Made by a program: the position numbers and the translations under genes
The notes under the pieces: generated by a model
Told to the model about the DNA's origin: nothing
The model's database searches: none
The model's input: the letters and a program-made list of their open reading frames with translations, nothing else
Origin: Ascidiella aspersa
Lineage: Eukaryota
Direction: 5' to 3'
Assembly: GCA_963924565.1 (NCBI GenBank)
Contig: OZ004614.1
Location: 7,998,001 to 8,062,000, forward strand
Length of the DNA: 64,000 nucleotides
Shown here: positions 51,607 through 64,000 of the stretch, piece by piece
How the letters are laid out: each line of letters begins with the position of its first letter
Position numbering within the stretch: the first letter of the stretch is position 1

Positions 51607-53461
51607 GTAAGCCACTGCTGTATATGCTGGGTTTTCGGCGTTAGTTTTGCCGTGCTTTGGGTGCTTAAAGCAAGCGGGGTGGTCCGCGCCAAGTTTTACT
51701 TGAGATATTTCATCATTGGAAAAAAAAAAGTTTGCCATAAATGTTTAAAAAAAGTTTGACTCCTGAAGCCTGTCGGTTGCCTTTGTTGTTAGCATATATA
51801 GGCACGTTTCACTTGAGATATTTTATCACCGCTAAAGAAGGCTAGGTTGTAAGGTTTAAAAATACTTTGCGGTAAGGTTTTGTAATGCTTTAAAAAACTC
51901 CTGGAGCCTTTTTTTTCGTGTTTAAGGAAACTGATAACCCGCATTTTGAAAGTAGATAACCGTGTACCACATGTAAACAATGTTTTTTTTAATTAATTGG
52001 GCTTACTAAATATTTCTATCTGTAAGTTTGTTATTTGGGCCTCATAATATATACCGTACTTATAAACTGTTGGAAAACCGTATAAATTATGTAAATACAG
52101 GTAATCCCGCGCATTATTAACAATTTTAATGATTTTTTGATAAACTTAATGCGTATAAGCGGCATTACTTAAGAACATAAAAATTTTGAGTATTTTAAGG
52201 TGTTGAAATAAATATAATTTTTCTTCTTGCTTCGCTGCGGTAAACGTTCTCACATAGAGTGCGTAAAAGGTATATTAAAGTAAAAGTAGTGAAAGTCGAA
52301 CTTGGACTTTTGTCTGGCGGAATTTTGGCAACCCGTCGAAAAAATGCAAAACCTTATCGCCGAGCATAGCAAAGTCATACAAGCGCATATTGCTTCAATC
52401 TGCAAACAACTGTCGTGCTAAATTGCCACGCAATCCTTGGGAACACGTCCCACTGTGATGCAACAACAAACAGCGCTACGGCCGTCGCGGTTTCTCCCTA
52501 ATAAAGCGAGGCGCGGCTAGAGGGGTTGTTATTGGAAATTCGCAATGCCCGCGGGGCCCAGCAGATTAATGTCGTGTTCTGAGGCAAGTCTAGCTTGCAC
52601 CAGAAACGCAATTTGCCCAGCTGTCAAAACGCCCAGGCACTGACTTATTGCAGCGGTAACAGAAGCTTTCAGCAGGCCAGCCCCGAACCTAGACACTCCA
52701 GGCTATAGGGTTCGGCTTGTTTGCGTTCGGGACTTGAGGCTTAAGTTCAACGTCATGCCGTTGTCAGGGCGACCCGTAAACCGGCTTGTTTTTATTGGAT
52801 GAGATTAAGTCACGCGTGGGATTTTACCGATTTTTTGGCTCCATAATTTTGTTTTTCTTTGGGCGTAAATTTGGGCGAAATGAATGTTGCGCAGTTCTCA
52901 AAATTGTTTAGTTGTAAGGACGCAGACTTACAGCATTACGCGAAAAAAAAAAAAAAAAAAGCGAAAAAAAAGTCATAAAAAAGTTTTACCAAACGGTCAA
53001 TTTCAATCAGGAAATGTTTAAAAGACACAAACTAAACGAAATAACCCAATAAAACGGCATAGCAAGTAGCTGCCATTTCGATTACAAAATTAGTGAGGAC
53101 AAAAAAATAAATAAATCGTATATTAACTTCCAAATCAAGACAAAGTTATAGTAAGTTATAGTAGAACACTCTGGCAAAGATAGTATCATTCGAATCGATT
53201 TAATTCCAATTAAGGTATATGCCTTTGCGAAAAAAAATATATTTATATATCTTTTGACATCTATTAAAAGTGGACAGCCTATATTACTAGAGCTTTCTGC
53301 TATTAGCGATCAGGAATTAAGGGCGACATTTATCTTAATTTACATTTTTCATATATTCATCGCAACGTCAAAACCAAGTATAGATAGAATTTCAAGAATA
53401 CCTCAGAAAACCATTTTATTTTCAACTATTAAAAAAAAAACGTTTTTTTTCCTTTTAACAG

Positions 53462-53722
53462 ACCGAAACCGACCCTGTCCCAATCTCGAGTTTTACGATG
53501 AGAGACGTGGCCACCGCCTCTGACGTCATCTACCAGCATGACGGCACAGAAACGACCGATGACGTATTTGAGGTTGAGGTCAGTGACGGTGTCCACTCGG
53601 CGTCGCAAGTCATTCCGATCACAGTGGTACCGGTGGACGACGAAACGCCGCGAATGACCATCAACAACGGAATAGACGTCGAGATTATGGACACGGTGGT
53701 CATCACCAATAACGCGCTCAAG
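53462..53722 (+). CDS. FREM2: FREM2-like coding exon 13
   Basis: ttttttccttttaacAG|ACC...AAG|GTGAGA; TETDPVPISSFTMRDV...YQHDGTETTDD...PVDDETPRMTINNG...ALK; phase 0/0. Confidence 0.92.
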
Positions 53723-55280
53723 GTGAGAGCTTAAATCAGTGTTTTCAAACGTTTTGTTTCTCGGTGAGCCAAACGCTTAGCATATTTTGTTGAACAGCGG
53801 CTTTCGTGACTAATTTCCTTCAATGAACAATTTTTTGAAAGCTTAAACAGAACGTAGCGCAAAACCATAAGTTTGTTAAATTTGGATTTAATTACTACGC
53901 ACCATTTCTTCTTATTGCCTTCGCAATTTGCTCCAATGTTGAAGAAGTTATTTAACCTAATTCGAATTAATCAATTCACGCAAAGCAACCTTGTTAGATC
54001 CTTACCCGTTAAAACTATTACTGAGTTAAATATTATATAATTATAAAACCAAAAAAAGCTTGTTTCGTAAATTGTGGTTTATTTAAATTCTGTTTAATAA
54101 AAGAATAAAAAAATAAAAATGTAAAAAATAACACTCAAAATGGTTTGCCTACTTCTCAGAATTATTTCCGTCATTTCTTATTTTACGTAGTATTTTTGTC
54201 TGCTTTATTAATTTTTGTTTTTACGAAGCGCTGCATCGTGGAAAAATGTAACTTAACATTACGCTGAAACCCTAAAACAACAGCATACAGCTATATACAC
54301 GGTTCCTTGTGCGCTTCGTGAACCAGTAGTCACGCGAATCTGCGGAATGCGGCGCCCAAAATCCCTAATAACTCTCGCCCGGCTAAAATTGCGCGTCGCG
54401 GTAAAGACCTTCGATGAACGACCCCGTCGCTTTGCACCTGCGCAAATGTCAGCCCCCGCGCTTTGGATTCTGCTCCGGCGAAGGCTTTGCGCGTCACTCG
54501 ACTCGAAAAAGCGCGCCGCGTTTACTGTTACAAGGCTGTTTATTTTGACCGGCGGCGCGAAATTCCGACATCGGGCTCGGACGCGACGGTTTGCCGGAAT
54601 TGGACGCTCGATTTCCCGCAAAAGTGAAAGCGGTCGCCCGGGGTCGCTCGCTACGGTCGTCGCGCTTCGTTCCGCTGGCAAAAGCGTGTGACGCGTTCGT
54701 CCGGCCGACTTGCGACATATGTGTGTTACGATAGAGTCTGGCTATCGCCGCCGGCGACTGCGCGGAACAACTCCTTAGGCACGGTTAGGTTTTTGGTATG
54801 TCGACTTTGTTGTAACAGTTGTCTTCCCACCCATAGACTTATATTTTGAGTGGACTCTTTTATGGCCAAACACATGTGTTTTCGTTGAACGCCGGAAAAC
54901 TTAAGTTGCGATTTTATCCTCATACCACGCACTATATGTTAAAATCACTTTATAGGTTGTTCAAACCGAGAGAAACATGATTATATTAAACAGAAAACCT
55001 GGAGCATTGCGAAGTTAAATGTTAACCGGTTTATTATCACCCCTGTGTACATTATACAGCTTATGGGTAGACCCGAACTAAAATACTTTTTCGCCAAAAG
55101 GAATATATGATTTGTCCGGATCGGAGCCAAAATCCGATGCCAAGTAGAATTAAGTCGATACTCGTCCGATACTATGGTGGTATCGAGGCCAATCCGTTCC
55201 CAAATTAACCGGTACATTTTAGCCAAGGTTTGCCATCAAAATCTAAGTTATCGAATTTTATTGATTTTTTTTAATATTTT

Positions 55281-55385
55281 AAAGCCCATACAGAGGTGGG
55301 TAGCATTTTAAACGTTTCGAATAACTGATAAAAACTAAACTGATATTCGAATCGCACAAAATGCTATCTACTTCTGTATGGCTTT
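55281..55385. mobile_element. Small inverted-repeat MITE (a related end at ~36200-36218)
   Basis: Arms aaagcccatacagaggtgggtagcatttt / aaaatgctatctacttctgtatggcttt. Confidence 0.7.
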
Positions 55386-58279
55386 TATATTCTTTTATAA
55401 AGTTTACCAATATTTATTTTCGCCAATAGTAATGACGTGATTTGATCTCAAATAGTCCAGTCGTACATTCTGCCAAAATATCAGGCATCGGAAAAAATGT
55501 CAAAAGAACATTAGACATTCCAACTCCAGACTCTAGCCCTCGCGCCGTGTACCTTTCCGCTGTGTTTCACCTGGAAAGCTCCGACAATGGCCGTCACAAT
55601 GGGGCGCATTCCCTGTTACGTCACAGACGCCGACGGGCACGTCACAATGCGTCGCGCGCGTTGATTGGCACTTTGCCGTTGGAGCGGCGGCGGTCCGGCC
55701 TGGCTTAACGGTAATTGCGGCTTACGCGGAGCTTTCGGCCCAAACTAAAGCGACCGCCCAGGAAAAGCGGAAGTCGGTTGGCTTTGAATTTCACGATTTT
55801 TTTGCGATTTTTTGCTCAAGTCATTTAAGTCACAAGTCATTGTTAGTAATTACAACACTGCTTATTACACACATTTTTTGTAAAATTGATCAGTTCTTAC
55901 TGGTGACCCCTAAAATTCGTTGAAGAAACACGTTTAGAAACACTAATCCCCGGTTTGGGAAGCCCTGGTTTAGACAACAGCTTATGTAAACATAATCGCT
56001 TGGGTCGTGCTTCTTGAAATGCTGTAAGGTTTTTACTGCTTGAATGAGTTGACGTTATGTTAAATTTCCGTAGGAGACGAACACTGTTCAGTTGTAAACG
56101 GGTAAACAGTGAGATTTGTTGAGCTCGTACATTAACTGAAGATGATACAAGCTGGCATCGAAACGTCTTAATCAAGATGATGTCGATATACTTGACCATT
56201 TTGGCTTTGCAATTCAGTATTAACACGCTAAAAAGCTAAAATATTTAAATTCTGATTCCGGCGTCGCCCTGCCTCGAAATTTCGCACTCAGTTTTATCAA
56301 GTGTAGAGTAGGTTTTGTTCGCGGCTGAGTTTCCCATATATTCGGTTTCCATTTTTAGCAAACCTTAAACAAAAAAAAAAAAGTCTGTAGATCAGAAAAG
56401 CTGACATGTACTTAAATTCTAAATATAGCGTCGCCCGGCCTCGAAATCTCGCCACAGCCGTCGCCTTGATACACGGACATACCAACCTCGGTATACGGGG
56501 GAACCCCCGTCTCACGTTGTGTTGTGTCGGTGGAGCGATCAACAGCGATCGGTTGCCGAGCAACAAGTGGCCCGACGAGCTCGGTCGACCGAAATCGCGG
56601 GCTTTTGCTTCGTGCCAGTGGAATGCCGAGACGGCGACTTTCCGCGGCGGCTATATTTAACGTCCCACGCCCAGCTGGCGCCTTTGTCGGCCCTTACTAC
56701 GCGATTCGTTCGTGTACACATTGTATATAGTTGGCCATTCACGCCGTCTAGCTCTCGTTTCGTTTTTTTCAGGCGAACGGCGGGCGTTGAAATTCGCCCC
56801 ATTCCAGCACTGTCTTCTTTGAACGTTTGGCCAGTTTTGTTTTACGAAAATGGGCTGGAAAATAATGAAACTACTATTTATATCCCTAATACGCGCCATT
56901 GGGCGATTTGTGATTAAAGATGAACGGCAAAGGCGACTGATAAAGAGAGGCGTTAACAATCGTCCGAAAGGGAAAAAATATAAGCACTGCCTTTAAAAGG
57001 GAACCGGTCACTTTTTTTAAAGTGGTCGCATAGGCTGGACATGAGCTAATAAAAGAATGAACGCAAACGAGTCCGTTTGAAACAGCCGTGTAAACTTTAC
57101 CCAAGGGGGTGAGAAAAACATTAAAGATAGCTTTAAAAGTTTTTTATTGAATGGTGCCGATAACCACGCGTTAACTGGTCTATTGTCCGATTCGTTTGCC
57201 AAGCCCGATGATAAATGCTTCCCAACGCAGATCGCGTGTGTAGTGATCGAGCTCCAAAAAAAACGGCCCGGTTTCGATTCTATTGCTCGAGATGCGGGTC
57301 AAATGGCTATTCTTTAAGGAGAACGTTTGCGCAATATTCTCGCATCGTAGAGCGATGGCAGGAGCGTTGATGTCGCGTCATTCGTAAGCGAAATATGGCG
57401 TGTGGCCAGCTGTTTGCACGAAGAGGCGTACTGTGGACTGGCAGATGACTGATGATGTCACTTGGTAGGGTGATGCGACAAAAATAGCGGCACCGGCAAA
57501 CGACTAGACTTGCCCGATCCGACTTTTGTTTTCAAGTGCAAAGACCCCCGGTTGCTTTTTTATCCAAACACGACCCGCGTTGTGGGGAAAGGGATTCGGG
57601 TTCAACATCACGGCGACACAATATCTTCGGATTTGCGGCCCGTATTATGCTGTTGTGATTGGGCGCAGTCAATGGCCTTTGCCGCGCTGAAGAGATTGAC
57701 AGCGAAAGCGCTCTTACGCTTAACCGTCGTTCGTTATCCACCTTTTGTGCGACCCCGTTTAGCGCCAGACCGCCGAACCGCCGCGCGCAGTGATTTTAGC
57801 CGATCCCCGAAATAGTGGATCGCGCGAGCGCCTTAGTGTTACGTCACAGACCGCCGCTTTGTTGTTGTTTCGCATACCGGGCGATCGTGGCATTGAAAGC
57901 CGACTCACAATGACGCGGAAACGGTCCGTTTAAGCCTCTATAGGCGTGGATTTATTAGGGCTCGAGTCGCGAACTTGACTGGCGCGAGGACCGTTCCGCG
58001 ACCATTGCGACCCACTTCTGCCGCTGAACTTTAATAGCGCTTTGCCGGGAAATTAATTTGATCGCAATTTTGCGCCCGAAAGGGCCCTCGAGTCGACAAT
58101 ACGCTGAAATCACTTTACGCCGCAGCGCGGAATCGAAATTAAAATTATCGCAAACCACATTTTCAACTCCCTTATTTGGAAGTTTTTAATTTGAAGGTCA
58201 TAGTCGGCGATTTATGACCTAAGGTACAATTATAAATGATTTATAGTGCCATCTGCGTAATAGATATCACCATTCCCCG

Positions 58280-58427
58280 TGATGTAACTGCTATTCCACA
58301 TCTCAATTTTCTGTGACGTCATCCCTCTTTTGATATTCGCAATTTCCATGACGTCATCCTTGTTTTTGAAATCCTAATTTTCGTGACGTCATCTCGCTTT
58401 TTTATACCAACAATACCTGTGACGTCA
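58280..58427. repeat. ~35-bp-period minisatellite with TGACGTCA core
   Basis: TGACGTCA at 58314, 58349, 58384, 58420; degenerate TGATGTAA at 58280. Confidence 0.85.
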
Positions 58428-58450
58428 TTGTGTTGTTTTCTGTTTCCCAG

Positions 58451-58622
58451 GCGACCGACCTCGACTCGGACGACAGCAGCCTGCTCTACGTTATTACCTT
58501 CTCTCCCCAACACGGGGTGCTGAACTTGACCGACGACCAGGGAAATTCCCGGCGCCTTGGGGCGGGGGACAACTTCACCCAGGACGACATCGACGGGCAC
58601 CACTTGAAATACACCCACACCG
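58451..58622 (+). CDS. FREM2: FREM2-like coding exon 14
   Basis: ttttctgtttcccAG|GCG...ACC G|GTATGT; ATDLDSDDSSLLYVITFSPQHGVL...NFTQDDIDGHHLKYTHT; phase 0/1. Confidence 0.92.
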
Positions 58623-60059
58623 GTATGTTTTGTACTAAAGCTCCTACTGTTGTGCGTCTTTTGAGAGAATATTTTGTCAGTTCCCTTCATTTTTTAGACT
58701 GAAAGTTTTGCTAAACGAATTTGAAATGCTTCGTTACGTTCGGGTTTTCCCTTAATATTTGCTTTGATGTTTTAAGCCCTAACCTCACTTGTGGGTCTTT
58801 GAGAAACTATTTTCTTGTTTTCTGATGTCTCTTGCAGTAAACGTGGCCAGTTAGCTGCATTTTAAAGACCGGGAGATATGTTTAACGAATTCGAAATGCA
58901 ATGTTACATTCCCTGGTTGATTATGCTCAGGCAAAAATATGATGTAGAAACTCTAAAGGTTCATGTGTGATTGTTGTTTTTATTTTATTGTGTTGTGCCA
59001 GCATTTCAGCTACGTTTGACTACGCTGAAAATTAAAACTTACATCAAACTTTGGCGAATTTAAATGTACATCAAAGCCAACATTCGAAACTTTAAAAGAG
59101 GTTACCTACTATTATATGTGCTTTGATTTTCCCACTACGTCTAACTAAAACCTCAAACCATTGCTAAGTTTTTATCCATTTTCGGCAGTCAAAATTTGGT
59201 TCTCGACACCCCAAAAAGTCCCCAAAATGTTGCATAAAATGGATTTGCCGTTATTTAATAAACGTCATGCCTGGTATGTTATTTCGAACGAATCGAACTT
59301 TATCAACATGGAGGAATAACTTTCCAAACCGCCATCCGCAGGCTTTTCTCGACGGGCAAAGTGACTCACGCTCCATAGTTCTAATGATAGCAATTCGGTC
59401 GCTCTCTCTGTGTGCTGACAGTTGGCGCGGGGGGAGAGGGGGGACAATGCTTCCGACTTGTGTTTGCGTGCGAATTAATCGCGCAACGCCCCCCGAATAT
59501 CGTCGACGACAGGCGACCCGTCCTTGGCCTTTTCATGCCCTAATACCCGGTCTTTACTAGGGCCCGGTACATCAGCAGTGAGTCACAGGTTACACACCCT
59601 TCTCACTAAAAGGCTTACCTCAGTGGGTCAGCAGCATTTGCGAGCGCTTTATGAAAAGGGCCGAAACCTTTTTTATCGTTTATATTGGCGTTAAGGGAGA
59701 TGGATGATTTTTAGAAACTTTTCTACTTGGGTAGAAAAAGGTAAATAATTAAGAAAACATTGTTAAAGCAATAGGAAACCTGCTTTTCGAAAGACCCTAA
59801 AAATAGTGTAATTAGGGACTGTGATGAGTAACCTAGACAAGTGCTCCTCAGAAATGATTTGCTAAACCGTGGAGGGGAAAACATGCTCTACATAGGAAAG
59901 TAACACAATTTGTTCAAATATAGAAAAAGTAACTTAAACGCTATAACATTTTATCACCGATCAACCAGGCAAACTTGTCATCCAGGCAATGAAATCATCT
60001 CAAATAAACTAAATAAGAGGTGAAAAGAGAGGCACATATCGTAAATAGTAGGCCTATGA

Positions 60060-60259
60060 CAGGGATGTCCAACCTGCGGCCCGCGGGCCACATTGCGGCC
60101 CGCTTGAAATTTTTGTGCGGCCCGCTAGTCATTTTCACTCCCAAGTAGTAATAACTCTAAAGGCCAATACTTAATCTTGAAACTTAATAGGTTCTGCGGC
60201 CCATTTAATTATTTCAAGTGTCAATGCGGCCCACTATAATAAGATGTTGGACATCCCTG
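60060..60259. mobile_element. hAT MITE, GCGGCCC-rich family
   Basis: Perfect 14-bp TIR cagggatgtccaac / gttggacatccctg; TSD gcctatga / gcctatgg; repeated gcggccc. Confidence 0.9.
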
Positions 60260-60660
60260 GCCTATGGGGTATTTCAGCTTTGCCACAAAAAAAATTTGGA
60301 AGGTTTGGTCAAAACGCGCAAACACTCAATTAAAAAAACTAAGTCCTTCACTGTTAAAAATATAGCGGAAAAAATTGCCCTCTTTGGTGAACGGGCTTAT
60401 TCCACAAGTGCGCCGTCTGCTTTTTTTGGCCGCCTGGATATGAAATCTTCGTCGCATCTCGTGTTGGCGTCGTCTGTCATCGCTCGGCCCACCGAATAAT
60501 CGTCGCTTGGGAATCAACTTATCGGCGCTGTCTCGATTTTTCAATCGGGCAAATATTGGTCGCGCATTATTACGGCTGGTTATTACACATTCCCAGACTC
60601 TCTACACGCCCTTCGGAAAGATTTTCTACTTTTTTTAAAGGATGTGCTGGTCCCTAATTA

Positions 60661-61045
60661 AAAAAAATGTGGGTTGGCCCTATTTGAAAAACACAGCTAC
60701 ATAGTGCCTTGGTTTTTAATAATATATTTTAAAATTCAATAGGTTTGTATTGTTATTTTTTTGTAGCTATTATAAAATTTCTAAATTCGTCGAACTCACT
60801 GATTGTTATTGCGTAATGTTTCGAGGGGTTTTTGTTGCGTAATGTTCGAGGGTTTTAATGGGTGTACTGGTCACAAAACTTACGAAAAATGTTGGTTGAC
60901 CCTATTTGAGAAATGCAGTAACATAACGCTTTTATTTCAATAATATATTTTGAAATTCATTAGGTTGGTATTTGTATTTTTTCAGCTGTTATAAAATTTC
61001 AAAATGCGTCGCAGTTAATTAATTGTTATTGCGTAATGTTCGAGG
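60661..61045 (+). repeat. Diverged tandem duplication (~160-220 bp x2)
   Basis: aaaaatgt.ggttg.ccctatttga...aataatatatttt.aaattca.taggtt...attgttattgcgtaatgtt twice. Confidence 0.8.
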
Positions 61046-63394
61046 TCCTAAATGCGTTTCGCCAATAGTGTACAACCCCGATTGATTATTGCAAACGTTT
61101 TTAATTGAAATGGACAGGTGAACCCCCAGGTGCACGGGCATGTGAAACCCTCAATTAACCCCCCCCCCCCCCCATACGATCACGGGCGCCCGTGTTAGTA
61201 CTCACGCGATGCGTAGGCGGCCAAACGCGAACACAGGCGAATTCGTGCGCAAATCGCTGTTTGTACTAACGTTCTGTGTGTGCGCCCACAACCCGACTAG
61301 CTAAAAGGGTCTCTGAACACTCCACATATTGCTTAACAGTGGCTATTGCAACCTGCGGTTGGGTACGCGGCACGTATCAGCAAAGGTCAGTGCTGTTTGT
61401 CGCGATTCGTGGATAGAAGCCAGCGTAAATAGCGACCGTTGACTCCCCCTAAAAATTGGGTCGTGCCGCATGACTTTTTTTCTTTTTCGCTAATGGATCG
61501 CTGCGTTTAGATTTGGGCGTGGCGCATAAGACGCTGGGCTTTGCATCGAAAGGTTTTTTGTTTGTTTACTATCGCTATTTATAAACGCACTGGTTTCGAG
61601 TCACCCGACGTTAAATTTGAATCTAAGGTTCGTGTGGGTTAAACAGCCTGTATACAGGGCAGAATCGAGATTCTAGTCGCCTTTTTATCCATCATTCTGT
61701 TTATCCACTTCTGACGTTCGTTCAAAACTGACCCAAAAGGTGAATTAGCAATTAGCAAGTGGCCAAACAAGAGTTTCACAAGGCGAGAAAAACAGGCTTT
61801 AAAAGGAGCCGTCTTCATTTCAAAGTTTCCATGTAAACTGACTTGAAAAGACTTTATTATTTCACTTTCCCATGTAATCTAACCTAAAAATAGAAAACGA
61901 AAAAAGCGTTGTTACAAAGTGAATTAAGGTGCTTTTGCAAAGCGATCGTGTAAAATGTCACTAAGTGGCCTCGAATGCCTGGCACAACTGAAAGCAGGGC
62001 TCATTCCAACTATAGCTCACTGAAAGGGCGAGAGACAAGCCCAATGCTGCCCCGATTGCGAAACGGTAACCTAAGCCGCAATACACTTTACTTGCCATTG
62101 TCGGCAATGGAATTCCTTTCGCGAGGGCCTGGGCCAGGTTACAGCAACACAAAATGCTCAGCGGATCGCTTTCAGTGCGCCCAAGTTGAACCCGCTTTTT
62201 CTTTTGTTAACCGCCGACCAAAACACGGAAAACCTCTAAGCGGGAACGGGTCGCCACCACCTCGGCGCCTTTGTATATTGTTCTAACCCATCAGTGTCAA
62301 TTCAAAGCGCGTCTAAAGGCAAAAAGCTAACTGCGAAATCTATACGTGTTGTAAAGAGTGGAATTCCACAGCTAATTGGACCTAATGAAACCTTGTTATC
62401 AAAAGATGCTAATTGGCGCGCAAAAATGCAGAACCTCTGTTTTTTTGTTCAAGTGTGTACCGTGACACAGTGAGCTACGCTACTAAAGGAGCACTCGTGG
62501 TTCTTCAGCATCAAATCTCTTTGTGTCTTTTTGGCAATCTTTCAGTTCCAATTGGCCTAATTTGGGTTCATTCAACTCAACATCATTAAGAATTAACAAA
62601 TAATATTCTAACCCTAACAGGTTTTCCCCTCTTATACATGTGCCTCAATAATTTTTCTAAGTTCGCTACAAACCTACAGCGTTATGTTCCTAATTAGTTT
62701 AGAGACCGTTTTGTGTAATTATTTATTTTTACCTTAACGCTAATATTCAAACAAGGCTTTGAGATTGCGACAAATATTTTGCGCAAAACGGTAAACTGTA
62801 TATAACAGGACTCGACAATTAAAGGCGTGAAGGTAGTTAAACTCCCAGTGCGGCAACGGCCGAGGCCACCTTACCCTATGGCAAGTAAAAGTAACTTAAT
62901 TTGAAACTGAAACCGTCTGGTTGCAGCCAAGCCCGACCAAGTCGGCTCCAAATGAGGCGTGAACGCCAGGAAAGTGACCTTCGGCGTTCGCTTTAAACCT
63001 ACAAAGTGGCTCTGATAGATAACCCACAGGGGTGGGCACGAAAAAAGGGTGAGAAAAGCTGCAAAACGGCACCCTCTTTGACCCCTGGGGTCCTTTCTTT
63101 TGATATGTGCGTTTGGAAATGTTACCGACCAGTCCAGTATACCAAATGACCCCCCTGTGTGACCTTAAGGACCTAAAATCAAGTCGAACTTATTTTAAAA
63201 CTTATAAATCCAAGCAAATTTAACTCCCCCCTTCCTTCCATATTCCCCCAATTTTCTCACGACCTTGCTGCTTTCTTATCGCCATTTCTCGGCCAATTAC
63301 CCGGATTTAAAGGGATTTCGTTTCCAGTAGCCCCCTCCCCTGTTTCCACTAAGCTTTGGGATCAAAAAAACACGTTCTTCGAAAGGCAATACTT

Positions 63395-63679
63395 GTCTTG
63401 GGACTCGCACGCTATGTCGTCGTATCGCGCCTTTCGCTACTCGACGGTGTTTTGTAACTGTTATGCTTGGCGCCGTGCCATCGATCGCGGAACAGCTGGC
63501 CTCGCGAAGTTGTATATTATTCGATTTGCGATGTCAGTCAACGCGTACGCATTTCATACGCGCTGTTATTATTGCGCATGCGATAGCAATTTTTCATACA
63601 TATTATACAGTTTGTATTTTGCTCCAATAGCGATACACATATTTTGGGAAAACCATACTTGTGATCCGACCCCATACTG
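63395..63679. repeat. CGAT/ATCG-rich repeat, probable decayed MITE (related piece ~41645-41700)
   Basis: Dense tatcgcg/atcgatcgcg/gcgata motifs, ending ccccatactg. Confidence 0.4.
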
Positions 63680-64000
63680 GATGACAACATTACTGTGGCT
63701 AAATGAGCAAAATTGATAAAAAGGAAAACGTACGTCTTTCCGGGTTATTAGGCAAACAATTTATTCCTCACCGCGAAACTGAGTCACCTCTATTGTTTTA
63801 TGCTGTTTTCGAAAACAATAACTTACTAAGAACACGGCGTCCAACCGAACGTTACTAACACCGAAAACATGCCAACTGGCAAAAAACATTTAGTTCAATT
63901 GCAAACCATGGCTGAAATGCATGCGGTATTGAAGCGTCACTGATGCCACTCTTTAGTATCGGACGAGTACCGATATACCATTCGTCGGTATCGGCCGCGA

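Larger units (their letters stand above)
23690..64000 (+). other. FREM2: FREM2/FREM3-like (ECM3-like) FRAS1-related extracellular matrix protein gene, 5' part; continues beyond window
   Basis: 14 exons joined by GT-AG introns with consistent phases (0,0,2,0,0,0,1,0,1,0,1,0,0,1). Motifs VRVPYGRSVYINP, RFPCDFGPEEVKYSHLGARSP and PAPGSEKSRSGTPISSFT closely match vertebrate FREM2/3 as I recall them. No stop codon is reached in the window. Confidence 0.92.

Noticed and set aside
58280-58427. CRISPR-like repeat/spacer appearance
   Set aside because: The constant part is only ~8-10 nt, spacers are related to each other, there are no cas genes, and the context is a eukaryotic intron.
58623-64000. Further FREM2 exon before the window end
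   Set aside because: No phase-1 acceptor followed by CSPG-like sequence was found; the intron appears to extend past 64000.

Overview
Eukaryotic animal genomic DNA, AT-rich with short CpG-rich blocks. Repeat and intron style suggest an invertebrate deuterostome, probably an ascidian/tunicate; this is inference. One protein-coding gene is supported: the 5' part of a + strand FREM2/FREM3 (sea-urchin ECM3-like) FRAS1-related extracellular matrix gene. I reconstructed 14 coding exons (23841-58622), all GT-AG and phase-consistent, giving 3958 nt (1319 codons + 1 nt): signal peptide, N-terminal NV domain and a run of CSPG (cadherin-like) repeats. The gene continues past the window end. The first ~23.6 kb has no recognisable coding exon. 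Introns and upstream DNA carry many short non-autonomous hAT-type MITEs with CAG...CTG termini and 8-bp TSDs, tRNA-derived fragments and local tandem duplications. Notable points: a region that is a single giant exon in vertebrates is split by at least 13 introns; MITE families each carry their own pentamer array; a 35-bp-period TGACGTCA array abuts a splice acceptor; and there is a tRNA-derived foldback, a let-7-like 20-mer and a candidate miRNA hairpin. No prokaryotic-type system (CRISPR, operon) is present, and I cannot claim a confirmed new system.
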